Assembly (NCBI GenBank): GCA_019057375.1
Contig: DXJF01000011.1
Span: 64,001 to 128,000 of the forward strand
DNA: 64,000 bases
Direction: 5' to 3'
Source of the DNA: Candidatus Heimdallarchaeota archaeon
GTDB lineage: Archaea > Asgardarchaeota > Heimdallarchaeia > Heimdallarchaeales > Heimdallarchaeaceae
In this document: one piece after another, positions 1 through 9,633 of the stretch
Layout of the letters: each line of letters starts with the position of its first letter
How positions within the stretch are numbered: position 1 is the stretch's first letter
Position numbers and translations under genes: made by a program
Notes under the pieces: generated by a model
What the model was told of the DNA's origin: nothing
Database searches by the model: none
The model's input: the letters and a program-made list of their open reading frames with translations, nothing else

Positions 1-260
1 AATCTTGAAACAGAAGAAGCTTTTCTTTTAGTTCATCTATTTGTTCTTCTGTTCTTCTTGATTCTGAGTCAACAATTTAATCAATTTTTTTTAGTAATTC
101 TCTAATTTCTTCCAACATTAATTCATGTGGAAATATTAGAAGTAAAAAACTTATTGACAAAGAATATCCTGTATTAAACTAGAATTATAGATGTATTATA
201 TTTGTAATATGTACCTTTACATTTCTTTCCTGAATGCATACTAAACTTTCCATAGTGACC

Positions 261-1196
261 TTAGAAGCATTTTACATTTTCACAGTAGTTTCTTATTGCA
301 ATAACATTATGAAGATACAATTTTTCTATAACAGGCCTTCCAGGATACTCATAATTTTCTAATCTCAATGATCTTAATTTGTCACAAAAGTAACAGTCAC
401 ATTTAGTTAAAGCATCATCACTAAATCTATGTTTAACAAGATTTTTATCTACAAAGTATAGTTCAGAAGTTAAAGCTCTCGCAATTGTACTATCAAATGA
501 ATCAATGTTAGCACATCTACCATAACATTTGATCTGATCAAGGTTCACTATTCCAAAAGCATGTAAGAAATTTTCCTTTGTAATTTGTCTAGAATATTTT
601 ATTGTTTCACAATACAGATTGTTTTTTCTTTTAATTGGTATGAGTCCTCCTCGAGCAAAAATGGTTATCCCATGATCTTTTTCAAAATCATATAAATTAT
701 CCATAGTTTTACTAGTTACTCCTTGGATTACTCCTATTACCTTGCTCTTTGGAAAGCGGTCTAGAGTTTTTATTACATTTTCTTTCATATTTTTTATTTT
801 CTTTTTTACTATAGTATCAGAATCCATGGGTAGAATAATTTCATCAGGGACTACTAGTAAATCAGGGTCCATTAATTCATATCCTTCAAGAACATCGTTA
901 ATTGGCAAAGTGATTTTGGAATAATCTTGATTAAATGATTTTCCCTTAAAAAATTTAAACCATTCCAGCATGAATATTCCTGTATCCGCAAAAATTTTTG
1001 TTTTTTTGGGGAAACCATTTTCTCTCATTAATTCTTTTAATGTCATAGATTTGCTATGTAGATCATATATAATACTATCATTTCTTAATAGGTCAAAAGC
1101 TGTTAATAATATTGATTCAGTGTAATCCCATTCTATGAAAATTGGATCCCAAAACACTGGATTTGATAAAAAGTAGTGCTTTGGGACATATTCCAT
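261..1196 (-). CDS. tRNA-guanine transglycosylase (TGT/DpdA-like) family protein
   Basis: Motifs FADTGIF (DSGGF-like), GVIQG, ARGGL, LHAFGI, IDSFDS and C-terminal CDCYFC...HN Zn site; substrate not determinable. Confidence 0.7.
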   Translation of the reverse strand: MEYVPKHYFLSNPVFWDPIFIEWDYTESILLTAFDLLRNDSIIYDLHSKSMTLKELMRENGFPKKTKIFADTGIFMLEWFKFFKGKSFNQDYSKITLPINDVLEGYELMDPDLLVVPDEIILPMDSDTIVKKKIKNMKENVIKTLDRFPKSKVIGVIQGVTSKTMDNLYDFEKDHGITIFARGGLIPIKRKNNLYCETIKYSRQITKENFLHAFGIVNLDQIKCYGRCANIDSFDSTIARALTSELYFVDKNLVKHRFSDDALTKCDCYFCDKLRSLRLENYEYPGRPVIEKLYLHNVIAIRNYCENVKCF

Positions 1197-1595
1197 AACA
1201 TCTCACACAGACAGTTAAACCTGTTTAATACAGATTTTGTATTGCATAATACTGCCTAATTGAATATTTAAAGTTGAGAAAATACCTCTTTCGCCTTCTT
1301 TTATCTAGATACTTACTTATGGTTTGTTTAACTGTTTTTTTCATCTTTCCTAAAATGATATTATTAAGCTGAAAATTTGTTGATAGAATATCACTTTGTA
1401 AAACTCCCGACAAAAAATTTATCTAACTTAGAATGTCGAAATTGAGCGATTACAGAATGAAATTTCACGTTTTTTGTCGGTGTAAAGCGTACTTTTCGAT
1501 AGTTCAGCTGTTTCAGCAGAAAATAATGGTTTAAAAGCTAATTTTTACCGCATCTAGAATAAAAAATACAATAAAAAAACTGTTGAAAAAGTACT

Positions 1596-1811
1596 CTATC
1601 TTCTAATCATTTTGTATATTGAATAAGCTATTCCAAAACTCAGTAAACCAATAGCTGAGTATACAATAGCTGAATAGTTTATTAGAAGTCCTTTGGCTAG
1701 AAGTAGAATCAGAAAGGCAATTGTAGGTATTCCAATAAAACAATTGAGAATAGCAAATTTACTGATTTTCTTTTTCTCCCTTTCATCTTCGTGATCATAG
1801 CTTGGAATCAA
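1596..1811 (-). CDS. small two-TM membrane protein, hypothetical
   Basis: 71 aa ORF with two hydrophobic stretches, co-oriented downstream of pckG. Confidence 0.45.
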   Translation of the reverse strand: MIPSYDHEDEREKKKISKFAILNCFIGIPTIAFLILLLAKGLLINYSAIVYSAIGLLSFGIAYSIYKMIRR

Positions 1812-1880
1812 TTATATCAGTATTGCATCTCTTTTATCTTATATATTCCCCACAATTGTTCATACTCTTTGCTTGCTTGA

Positions 1881-3791
1881 TCAACCTTGGAAAAGAAATG
1901 GAGATATAACTTCTGTTCCATACTTTTCCTTGGCTTCCAATAATCTTTGTCGTTGTTGTTCTAACTCATTAAAGAATTCTTCAGGAACATCCTTTTCATT
2001 TTTGAATATTGCATCTATTCTTTCAATTTTCTTTAAGAATTTCTGAATTCTGATAGAGAATTCTGCTACATACCTTTCCTTACCATAATCAAAATCAAAA
2101 GCTTCTTTGAATAAAGCTTTAATATCTTCATATTCTGGAATATGACCTATTGGCGTTTCTATTGCAGAATATTCGCCATGAACTCTCTTTTCTGCCCAAA
2201 GTAACCATATTTTTTTATCAAGAATTTCGTCATAGTATCGTCCCTTTTTATCCTTGAGGAAATAGTTTGTTGAGAATATTTTTGGAACCTTATTTTGTGC
2301 AATTCGTCTTCCAAAACCTAGATGTGCTTCAAGATACTCTCCTAGAGGAACTACTATGAAATCGAGATTAGCCATTGGTTGATGTTTTCTAACACCTGCT
2401 TCCCCTAAAGTTGCAGCTGTTGTTTCAGATTCTACAGAAGCACCAATATAAACACCATGCTCCCAACTGAAAGATTCATAAACTGGAACAGATGTATCGC
2501 TGTCTCTTCCTCCATAAATAATAGCTGAAACCTCTACTCCATTAGGATCATGTAATGCTTCATCAACATTTTCTAACTCCTCTAATCTTATTGTATAACG
2601 AGCATTTGGGTGTGAAAACTTGAATTCCTTTCCTTCCTCATTACAACAGAAACCTGCATGCCATTCACCAAGCTTAGACGAAGTCCAGTTCATTCCAGTA
2701 TCTGGAATAGTTACTTGTTTACCCATACCTAGCCAGTATGATTTTCCTTCTGAAACCAATATATTAGAAAAAATAGTTTCTCTTGGTGTCATTAAGCTGT
2801 TATAGATAACTGGATCATCTTTTGGACTAACATCCTTAATGATTCCAAAAATCCCTCTTTCAATATTGACAGCCCTAACCTCACCACTTTCATAGATTCT
2901 AAGATAAGCAATGTCATCTCCAATAATTGTGTTTCCTGGAACCATTGCTGTGCTTGTTTTTCCACATGCGCTTGGAAAAGCTCCAAGGAAGTAAGTTTTT
3001 CTACTTTTATCTAATGGCCAGATGGCGCTAATGAACATATGTTCAGTTAACCAGTCTTCATGAATTGCTTTGTTTATAGCTAAACGAAGTGCAAGTTTTT
3101 TCAAACCTAAACTGTTTCCAGCATATTGATTGTTAACTGATAGAACTCGATTTTCTTGTAGATCAATGTAAATGCGTCTATTATCAACATTTTTTGTTAC
3201 ATATTTATCTGTTAACTCTCCTGCTGAGTGAATGAAGTAGAAAAAGTCTTCAGAGTCTTCTAATCTTTTAAATTCTTCATAACCTTGTCTATATAGTAAA
3301 TCTTCAGAATGAGCTACGTAAGCTGAATCTGTAATTTGCAAAGCGCAAAGTGAAAATTTTGACTTAGTTGGACCTAGACTGAAGAATCTAATAATAGCAA
3401 TCTTTCCTTCCATTGCTCCGTCCATAATTTCTAAAACTTCTTTTAGTCCTTCGTCACGATCAACTGTATTGATATGTTGACCATATTTTTCCTTCTCTCC
3501 AGCAGGCACTAAAAGTCGTGTATTCTCTTTATCACGAGCTTGATCATAATAACCATCAAAATGTACTGTTTGTCCTTCTAGACCTAATTCTATTTCTTCT
3601 TTATTGTCAATCGCTAATTGACGTACAAAAGCAATATCCTCTAGTGAATCATCTATAACTTTAGCTTTGGTAGGTTTACAGAGAGTAAGATACTCTTCAA
3701 TAACTCTTTCAACTTCAGGGTTTTCTAAAGCTTTAAGCTTTTTCAAATCCTCTTTATCTATCCACTTTTCAAGACTCATTTTACAGTCCAT
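1881..3791 (-). CDS. pckG: GTP-dependent phosphoenolpyruvate carboxykinase
   Basis: FPSACGKTS P-loop, IGDDIAY, HPNARYT, GGRDSDT motifs; 636 aa. Confidence 0.95.
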   Translation of the reverse strand: MDCKMSLEKWIDKEDLKKLKALENPEVERVIEEYLTLCKPTKAKVIDDSLEDIAFVRQLAIDNKEEIELGLEGQTVHFDGYYDQARDKENTRLLVPAGEKEKYGQHINTVDRDEGLKEVLEIMDGAMEGKIAIIRFFSLGPTKSKFSLCALQITDSAYVAHSEDLLYRQGYEEFKRLEDSEDFFYFIHSAGELTDKYVTKNVDNRRIYIDLQENRVLSVNNQYAGNSLGLKKLALRLAINKAIHEDWLTEHMFISAIWPLDKSRKTYFLGAFPSACGKTSTAMVPGNTIIGDDIAYLRIYESGEVRAVNIERGIFGIIKDVSPKDDPVIYNSLMTPRETIFSNILVSEGKSYWLGMGKQVTIPDTGMNWTSSKLGEWHAGFCCNEEGKEFKFSHPNARYTIRLEELENVDEALHDPNGVEVSAIIYGGRDSDTSVPVYESFSWEHGVYIGASVESETTAATLGEAGVRKHQPMANLDFIVVPLGEYLEAHLGFGRRIAQNKVPKIFSTNYFLKDKKGRYYDEILDKKIWLLWAEKRVHGEYSAIETPIGHIPEYEDIKALFKEAFDFDYGKERYVAEFSIRIQKFLKKIERIDAIFKNEKDVPEEFFNELEQQRQRLLEAKEKYGTEVISPFLFQG

Positions 3792-3923
3792 CTCCTTTAA
3801 AACTATATAGTTTCCAAATTACCTTCAAATGAATTATGATTATAATTATTCCGCTATGACAACTAAAAAAGAAATTTAAAAAGATGCAATTCTAATTACA
3901 TTTCGAACTTAACTAAGGATTAC

Positions 3924-4469
3924 TTATTCATCCTCAAATAGTTCTTTGTATAATTTCATCGAATGGCTTATTGTCTTAAATGCTTCTTCTTTTGAATCCC
4001 ATCCAACAACTTCAACCTTTTTTCCATGTTCTAATCCTTTATAGGTTTTGAAGAATTCAGCAATTTCGTTCAGGGTGTGAGGGTATACATCATCTAAACA
4101 ATAGACTCCATGGAAGAAAGGATCCTTGGAAGCAACAGCTAAAATTTTGTCGTCGTGTCCTTTCTCATCTTTCATTCGTATAATACCTATAGGTCGAGAA
4201 GTTAGAACACATCCAGTAAATGTGGGTTCAGAGATTAGTACTAGAATATCTAAAGCATCTCCATCTTCAAAGTATGTTTGTGGTATTAATCCGTAATCAC
4301 CGGGAAAATGAACAGCTGAATGTAACACACGATCTAAATATAGAATACCATCTTTACCTAATTCGTACTTGTTTCTGTTATTCTTAGGATTTTCAATGAT
4401 AGCATATACTTCTTCAGGAGGATTAGGTCCTGTTTCAATTTTATGCCAGAGAGAATCATTCTTCATCAT
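3924..4469 (-). CDS. ppa: family I inorganic pyrophosphatase
   Basis: YGLIPQTYFEDGDALDILV and DDKILAV motifs. Confidence 0.95.
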   Translation of the reverse strand: MMKNDSLWHKIETGPNPPEEVYAIIENPKNNRNKYELGKDGILYLDRVLHSAVHFPGDYGLIPQTYFEDGDALDILVLISEPTFTGCVLTSRPIGIIRMKDEKGHDDKILAVASKDPFFHGVYCLDDVYPHTLNEIAEFFKTYKGLEHGKKVEVVGWDSKEEAFKTISHSMKLYKELFEDE

Positions 4470-4610
4470 ATCTTGTCATTTAACTTAAATTGATTTGAGA
4501 TAAAAATCTTGCCAATGATAAGCAATAATTCTTACTTTGGCACATTATTCCTTGGGGCGTTTTAATAGTTTCTTTTAACTATTAGAGTAACCTTTCCTAA
4601 GAGTCGATGT

Positions 4611-4685
4611 ATGATGTACAATGAAAAAAATGACCCGGATGAAGGAGACGGAGACATTCTCCCCCCAGCATGGTCTCCAGGTTAA
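4611..4685 (+). CDS. YDP/PPxWxP family peptide, copy A: MMYNEKNDPDEGDGDILPPAWSPG (24 aa)
   Basis: Translated by hand; paralogous to 7 other copies with synonymous changes; conserved upstream cassette. Confidence 0.8.
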   Translation: MMYNEKNDPDEGDGDILPPAWSPG

Positions 4686-4896
4686 TCCTCCTTCCTTTTT
4701 TGTTTTTACTCACTAAACTGCAATTAAACAACTTCTAAATTGTATTCAATCTTTGTAGATTAAATCAATCGAAGTAAGACTTTATGACTAAAATCTTTCA
4801 TTACTCACTTTATCATTCTTTTCTCTTGACATTTTTTCTTTGGGGTGTTTTAATAGTTTTGTTGAACTAGTAGAGTACCCTTTCCAAGAGTGAGAT

Positions 4897-4971
4897 ATGA
4901 TGTACGAACCAAAATATGATCCTGAAGGCGGAGACGAAGGTATTTTACCACCTATGTGGTTCCCAAACTGA
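4897..4971 (+). CDS. YDP/PPxWxP family peptide, copy B: MMYEPKYDPEGGDEGILPPMWFPN (24 aa)
   Basis: Translated by hand; SD-like GAGTGA and conserved upstream cassette. Confidence 0.85.
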   Translation: MMYEPKYDPEGGDEGILPPMWFPN

Positions 4972-4976
4972 AAAAA

Positions 4977-5074
4977 TTTTAGTTGATGAACCTCTTTCTA
5001 TAGCTAGCTTCAATATTTTTCTTAACAAGAATTTTTATTGTAAACTAAAATTAGCTGACAATAACTCTCCTAGA
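4977..5074. repeat. 98-bp direct-repeat copy of the 23S rRNA 3' trailer (matches 15211-15308)
   Basis: Direct comparison shows 2 mismatches; includes the processing-stem arm ttagctgacaataactctcctaga. Confidence 0.95.
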
Positions 5075-5151
5075 TAAGGTATTTATTTTTGAGATGATTA
5101 ACGGAAAAAGATAAATTTTGTCTTCTGTACTCTCAGTAACCATCTTAGTAT

Positions 5152-5763
5152 TTAATTCACTTGAGAGATTAATTCTTTTCTTTTAAATATTGAAGTATAT
5201 TTATTTTGAATTCGAGAAGTTGGTTTCCAATCTGAATTGTTATTATGTCCCTTAAAACTACGGTATACTATGCGTTTTCTGCCTTTACCATCAATGAAAT
5301 ATCCATTAAACAATACTTTTCCAAATTTCCAGTCAGTTGAATCTTTTGGGATTATAACTGAAACTATTTGAACATTTCCATTATCGGATTTTATCGGAAA
5401 TGCTTTCTCATCCTCATAATCTAGAGGAGGAGAACTCTCATAAGACGGATAGATTGCAATTTGTATCTGTAATTTAACTAAGATACTTATACTCCCAGGA
5501 TTTTTAAAACTAATACGAAGAAAATGTGTAACAATATCTTCAGAATAACGAGATTGTTTAAGCCCACTTTCTACAAGTTTTATCCAAAATATTGCTAATT
5601 TTGGTTCATTGAATCTAGTTTTTCTTCTTGTATAATATAAGCTAATGAATGATGCTACTAATGCACAAATAGATATAATGTCCAAGCTTTCCATTGTTTT
5701 GAGATCCCTATTTAAATTAATAGCATATATGAAATTTACAAATTGATTGAATGAAAGTAACAT
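5152..5763 (-). CDS. hypothetical protein with N-terminal TM helix
   Basis: ORF track; hydrophobic IISICALVASFISLYY; true start possibly later (MESL). Confidence 0.5.
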   Translation of the reverse strand: MLLSFNQFVNFIYAINLNRDLKTMESLDIISICALVASFISLYYTRRKTRFNEPKLAIFWIKLVESGLKQSRYSEDIVTHFLRISFKNPGSISILVKLQIQIAIYPSYESSPPLDYEDEKAFPIKSDNGNVQIVSVIIPKDSTDWKFGKVLFNGYFIDGKGRKRIVYRSFKGHNNNSDWKPTSRIQNKYTSIFKRKELISQVN

Positions 5764-5883
5764 GTTTCAGACAAACAATATATTACTCAAACGTATTTAA
5801 AACCCAAAAAAATTCTACTATAACTAGCTTCAAAATTCACTTAACAACTATTTTTAGTTCACAAAAAATAGTTGTATATTAAC

Positions 5884-7455
5884 TCAGTCATCTAGAGTTA
5901 TAAAATCCGTAAGAAGTTTCTGTTGAGTTGAAAATGTTCCATCTTTAAGTCTCTTAATATCATCTATTATTCTTGAAATTGTTTTTCTGTTTTGATTAGT
6001 AATTTTATGTTTTAATTGTTCAACAAGTTCGTCACTTGAAATTAAAACAAATTTCTTTTCAGAGTTATTCTTTGTTTGTGATTCTACGTACAAGCACCAG
6101 AATTTCACATTTTTGGCATATTGAGGATAAATAACTAAGTCTTTATGTGTTAATGCTAAGGGGGATTTTTTGACTTCTATAATTTCTAATGAACCATCAG
6201 GCTCTTCTATAAGTATTTCGGGTAATATCCAATTTCTTTCTTCAACCTCTGGCGTCTCAATCTTTGGTTGCCACTCCCATTTTTTTCCCTTAAATAGTTG
6301 TTGCGCAATTCTGTGACAAATCCTTTCCCATAGATATCCTATTATCTCTACACCACCCACTAGATTACAAGAAGGACACCCCGATTTGTTATGGACTCTA
6401 TTGTTGATTCTTGCTACCCACACATGTTTAGAATTTTTCGAACATTGCCACCACACTTCTCTGTGAGAACCTCCAATTACTTCTTCTGGTGTCAATCCTT
6501 CATTTTTTGTTGGATGCCACTCTTTTGCTATTTCTGGATAAAGAGTTTGTAGTGAATTAAATGGAGATAATCTTCTATGAGAACATATTGGACAACCTGT
6601 TTTATATGGCCCAGTTCTATGATATACTTTAGAATCCCACACATGTTTAGAATTTTTCGAACATTGCCACCACACTTCTTTATCAGATCCTGCTATTATT
6701 TTTTCAGCTGTAAGTTCTCCATTTAGTGTTGGATGTAGTTCTTTAGCTATTTCAGGAAATTTTGTAGCAAGAGAATTCGTAACTGAGACTTTTTTATTTG
6801 CACAACAAGGACATCCATAACCTCTTCTAGTTCTACTATCAATAACTGCTCTCCAAATATGATCTGGTCCTTTATCACAAATCCAATAAACTCTTCTTCC
6901 TGAACCAGGAGATACTTGATTTGGAAGAATCCCTCTATTCTTATCATAAAACCATTGAGCACCTATTTCTGGGAACAATGCTTCTAAAGATTCTTCTTCT
7001 AAAACTAGTTTTCCTGAACAATATGGACATCCTGATTTATTTATACCGCTTCTATCATTTATTTTAGCAGGCCAGTTATGTTTAGGGTTTTTCAAACATT
7101 GCCACCACACTTTTTCACTAGATTTCATAATTGCGTTTTCAGGAGTAAAATCTCCATTTTTTGTTGGATGCCATTCAGCTGCTACTTCTGGAAAGTTGAT
7201 TGCTAATGAATTTGTAACTGAAACTCTTTTACTAGCACAAAATGGGCATCCTGTAATTTTTTTTACTCCGGTTCTGTTGTTTGGACTAGTTGGCCATTCA
7301 TGGTCTGGTCCTTTCTCGCATTTCCACCAAATTGGTTGTTTGGAACCATAGGAAATATTTTCGGGTTTTAAGTTTCCATTTTTTGTTGGATGCCATTGTT
7401 TAACTAGTTCAGGAAAATCAGCAATAGTTTTAGTTTCAATTTTATTCTTTGACAT
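5884..7455 (-). CDS. tandem Zn-ribbon (treble-clef, DUF4379-like) repeat protein with C-terminal PD-(D/E)xK-like nuclease domain
   Basis: Five WxCxK..H.W......R....GCPxC units; C-terminal PDGSLEIIEVKK. Confidence 0.7.
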   Translation of the reverse strand: MSKNKIETKTIADFPELVKQWHPTKNGNLKPENISYGSKQPIWWKCEKGPDHEWPTSPNNRTGVKKITGCPFCASKRVSVTNSLAINFPEVAAEWHPTKNGDFTPENAIMKSSEKVWWQCLKNPKHNWPAKINDRSGINKSGCPYCSGKLVLEEESLEALFPEIGAQWFYDKNRGILPNQVSPGSGRRVYWICDKGPDHIWRAVIDSRTRRGYGCPCCANKKVSVTNSLATKFPEIAKELHPTLNGELTAEKIIAGSDKEVWWQCSKNSKHVWDSKVYHRTGPYKTGCPICSHRRLSPFNSLQTLYPEIAKEWHPTKNEGLTPEEVIGGSHREVWWQCSKNSKHVWVARINNRVHNKSGCPSCNLVGGVEIIGYLWERICHRIAQQLFKGKKWEWQPKIETPEVEERNWILPEILIEEPDGSLEIIEVKKSPLALTHKDLVIYPQYAKNVKFWCLYVESQTKNNSEKKFVLISSDELVEQLKHKITNQNRKTISRIIDDIKRLKDGTFSTQQKLLTDFITLDD

Positions 7456-7566
7456 CCAACCAGACCTTTCTTCTTCTTATTCCTGTATATCTAGAAGATT
7501 TTGCTTCTTAAAGTTAGTTTCTGATCGAACCAATTTCCATACACATACTATGAAGCTCATCCAAGT

Positions 7567-7635
7567 TTATTATAACTTGAATAGTCTTGACGAGTAGTTA
7601 TCTCGTTCCCCTCGTATGTGGAGAGGGGGAATTTG
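7567..7635 (-). mobile_element. putative IS200/IS605-like right end / omega-RNA 3' part followed by candidate guide
   Basis: Minus strand: hairpins cccctc..gagggg and acgag-ataacta-ctcgt, then TCAA (7590-7587), then gactattcaagttataataa; overlaps the end of the TnpB ORF. Confidence 0.5.
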
Positions 7636-9499
7636 ATTTTAACAATTGCTCACCCTTATCTTTTACATTTTTTGCTGCATTTATGTGAGTATTCACCATT
7701 TTACCACACTTTTTACATTTTGCGATGTCATAAGAACCAATTTTTCTTTCGACTTTTCCTCCACAACCATTATGTTTTGTACTTGTTCCTCTTGGATTAA
7801 CATAAACAAGTTTAACCTTATATCCAAGTATTGAAGACGCTAATAATACTGCTTTTTCAAATATTTCTTGATTATCAGGCATATTGTATATTGCTTTAGC
7901 TAAAGCTCCTCTTTTTCCTCTAGGATCTATTTGAAAGTCTTCGACACAAAGTAGATTACTCTTATTTTTTACAATTTCAGCAGCAATGAAATGAGTTGCA
8001 AAATTTTTAATTTCTTCAAGAATGTTTTTCCTTCTTCTGTAGACTCTGTACAATTCTCCCTTAGTCTTAACATACCCTCTAGTGTCTTTCTTCTTTCCCT
8101 TATTCGTTAAACTATAGCTCAACTGAGGGATAATAACATTTGATAGTTTATTGTATTTTCTAGCTAGAAGCAACAAATTCTTTGATAAGGGCTCTTTGTT
8201 AGAAAGCGCAATCATATGTTCACTAACTCGGTTAATATCTACTCCTATGGATTTTACTTTCTTTGTACTCCCTTTCTTTGACAATTGCTTGAGAAGTTTT
8301 GTACTAAGAAACTTACTGGGAGTTCCTTCTATAATAACAGAAACTCTAACCTTATAGCTAGGTGAACTGTTGCTGCGAATGAGCAATGATCTAATTCGAG
8401 CTCCTTTGTTAAGATATTCTAAGATTTTCTTTGAAAAGATAAGCTTACATGTAATTCTAGGGAATCCTCTAAGAACGAATCCCAACTCGAAATACCCATC
8501 TTTTCTTGCAAGTTCCGTCATAACTTTTGAACTACCAGGTCTGAGAACAACATGTTTTGGACACATAATTAGTTGGATAGGTAATCTTCCTTTCTTTTTC
8601 TTTCTAAATGGTGGATGAACAATTTTAGTTGGGTGAGTTTTCTGAATTATTTCTATAACAGTCTTCTCTAATGTAGAGTAGAGTGCGAAGATCACTATTG
8701 CTCTTAAAGCAGAAAATAGTCTTCTATTTTTCTCACCTATTGATTCAGCAATTCTTTTACTTAAAAATTTCAAGCTTTTCCAACGAGAAGGATGTACAGT
8801 ATTATTCCACGAAGTAAGAAGAGGTGCTACAATATCCGCCTTTAAAGCTAACAAACGTAAGTTTTCTAGAAACACATTTGTTTTTGAATTGATTGGTTTT
8901 GATGTTAGTTCTAGGCATTTGGACTTATTACACTTCTGTATCGCTCTTTCGAATTCTTTCTGTGCTAAAAGTGGAAGCATAGTGTTGAATTTTAATCGTT
9001 GATTGCAAAATTTGTCTATTTGCCTTCTTGTACTGGTTAGTACATTGATTACATATAATCTCTTTACCTTCCATCTGTAGATAAGAATACTTTCAATTCT
9101 AGGACTTCTTCCAAAAATATACCATTCAATTGCTTGCTCTTTCCAATTCGACATTAAATCGAAAAATACTTCAACTTTCCTCTCTAAGGTAACTGTGCCT
9201 TTGGCTGCTAAAAATAAGTAAGTATATGCACTATCAGCAATACTAGGACTCTTCTTTGTGATTCTTTTGATGTTAGTTAAACCCACCATATTCGGCATTT
9301 TGGGTTCATTTCTTGCAATTGATAATGCAGCGTTTATTGCCTTTTTATCATGAATTAAATCTTCTTGTCTGACTTGCAAACCTTTTACTCTTTGGTTAGC
9401 TTCTTTTTCTTGTATTCTACGTTTCTCTCTAGTACCCTCAAACCTAACACCCATTTGATAAGTGCGAGTGACTAATGTTTGCTTTGTTTGAGAGGACAT
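7598..9499 (-). CDS. tnpB: large (633 aa) TnpB/Cas12-like RuvC protein
   Basis: RuvC-I IGVDINR, RuvC-II LCVEDF, VNPRGTS, Zn finger HNGC..CKKC, RuvC-III NTHINAAKNV; N-terminal RTYQMGVRF strand. Confidence 0.85.
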   Translation of the reverse strand: MSSQTKQTLVTRTYQMGVRFEGTREKRRIQEKEANQRVKGLQVRQEDLIHDKKAINAALSIARNEPKMPNMVGLTNIKRITKKSPSIADSAYTYLFLAAKGTVTLERKVEVFFDLMSNWKEQAIEWYIFGRSPRIESILIYRWKVKRLYVINVLTSTRRQIDKFCNQRLKFNTMLPLLAQKEFERAIQKCNKSKCLELTSKPINSKTNVFLENLRLLALKADIVAPLLTSWNNTVHPSRWKSLKFLSKRIAESIGEKNRRLFSALRAIVIFALYSTLEKTVIEIIQKTHPTKIVHPPFRKKKKGRLPIQLIMCPKHVVLRPGSSKVMTELARKDGYFELGFVLRGFPRITCKLIFSKKILEYLNKGARIRSLLIRSNSSPSYKVRVSVIIEGTPSKFLSTKLLKQLSKKGSTKKVKSIGVDINRVSEHMIALSNKEPLSKNLLLLARKYNKLSNVIIPQLSYSLTNKGKKKDTRGYVKTKGELYRVYRRRKNILEEIKNFATHFIAAEIVKNKSNLLCVEDFQIDPRGKRGALAKAIYNMPDNQEIFEKAVLLASSILGYKVKLVYVNPRGTSTKHNGCGGKVERKIGSYDIAKCKKCGKMVNTHINAAKNVKDKGEQLLKSNSPSPHTRGTR

Positions 9500-9633
9500 A
9501 GTGTAACTGTTAATATTATATGTACTTTCATTTATAAACTGAGAAAAAAAGATGATTCTTCTTGAATTATTATTGTATTACTTCTGTACCATTTATTTTT
9601 GTTTTTTTACTCTTAATAAACAGTACATATGTT

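Noticed and set aside
1-135. Possible minus-strand gene start at the window edge
   Set aside because: In-frame TAA and truncation by the window; cannot be called
9500-9633. tnpA or IS left end upstream of tnpB
   Set aside because: No Y1 or serine transposase ORF and no convincing hairpin seen
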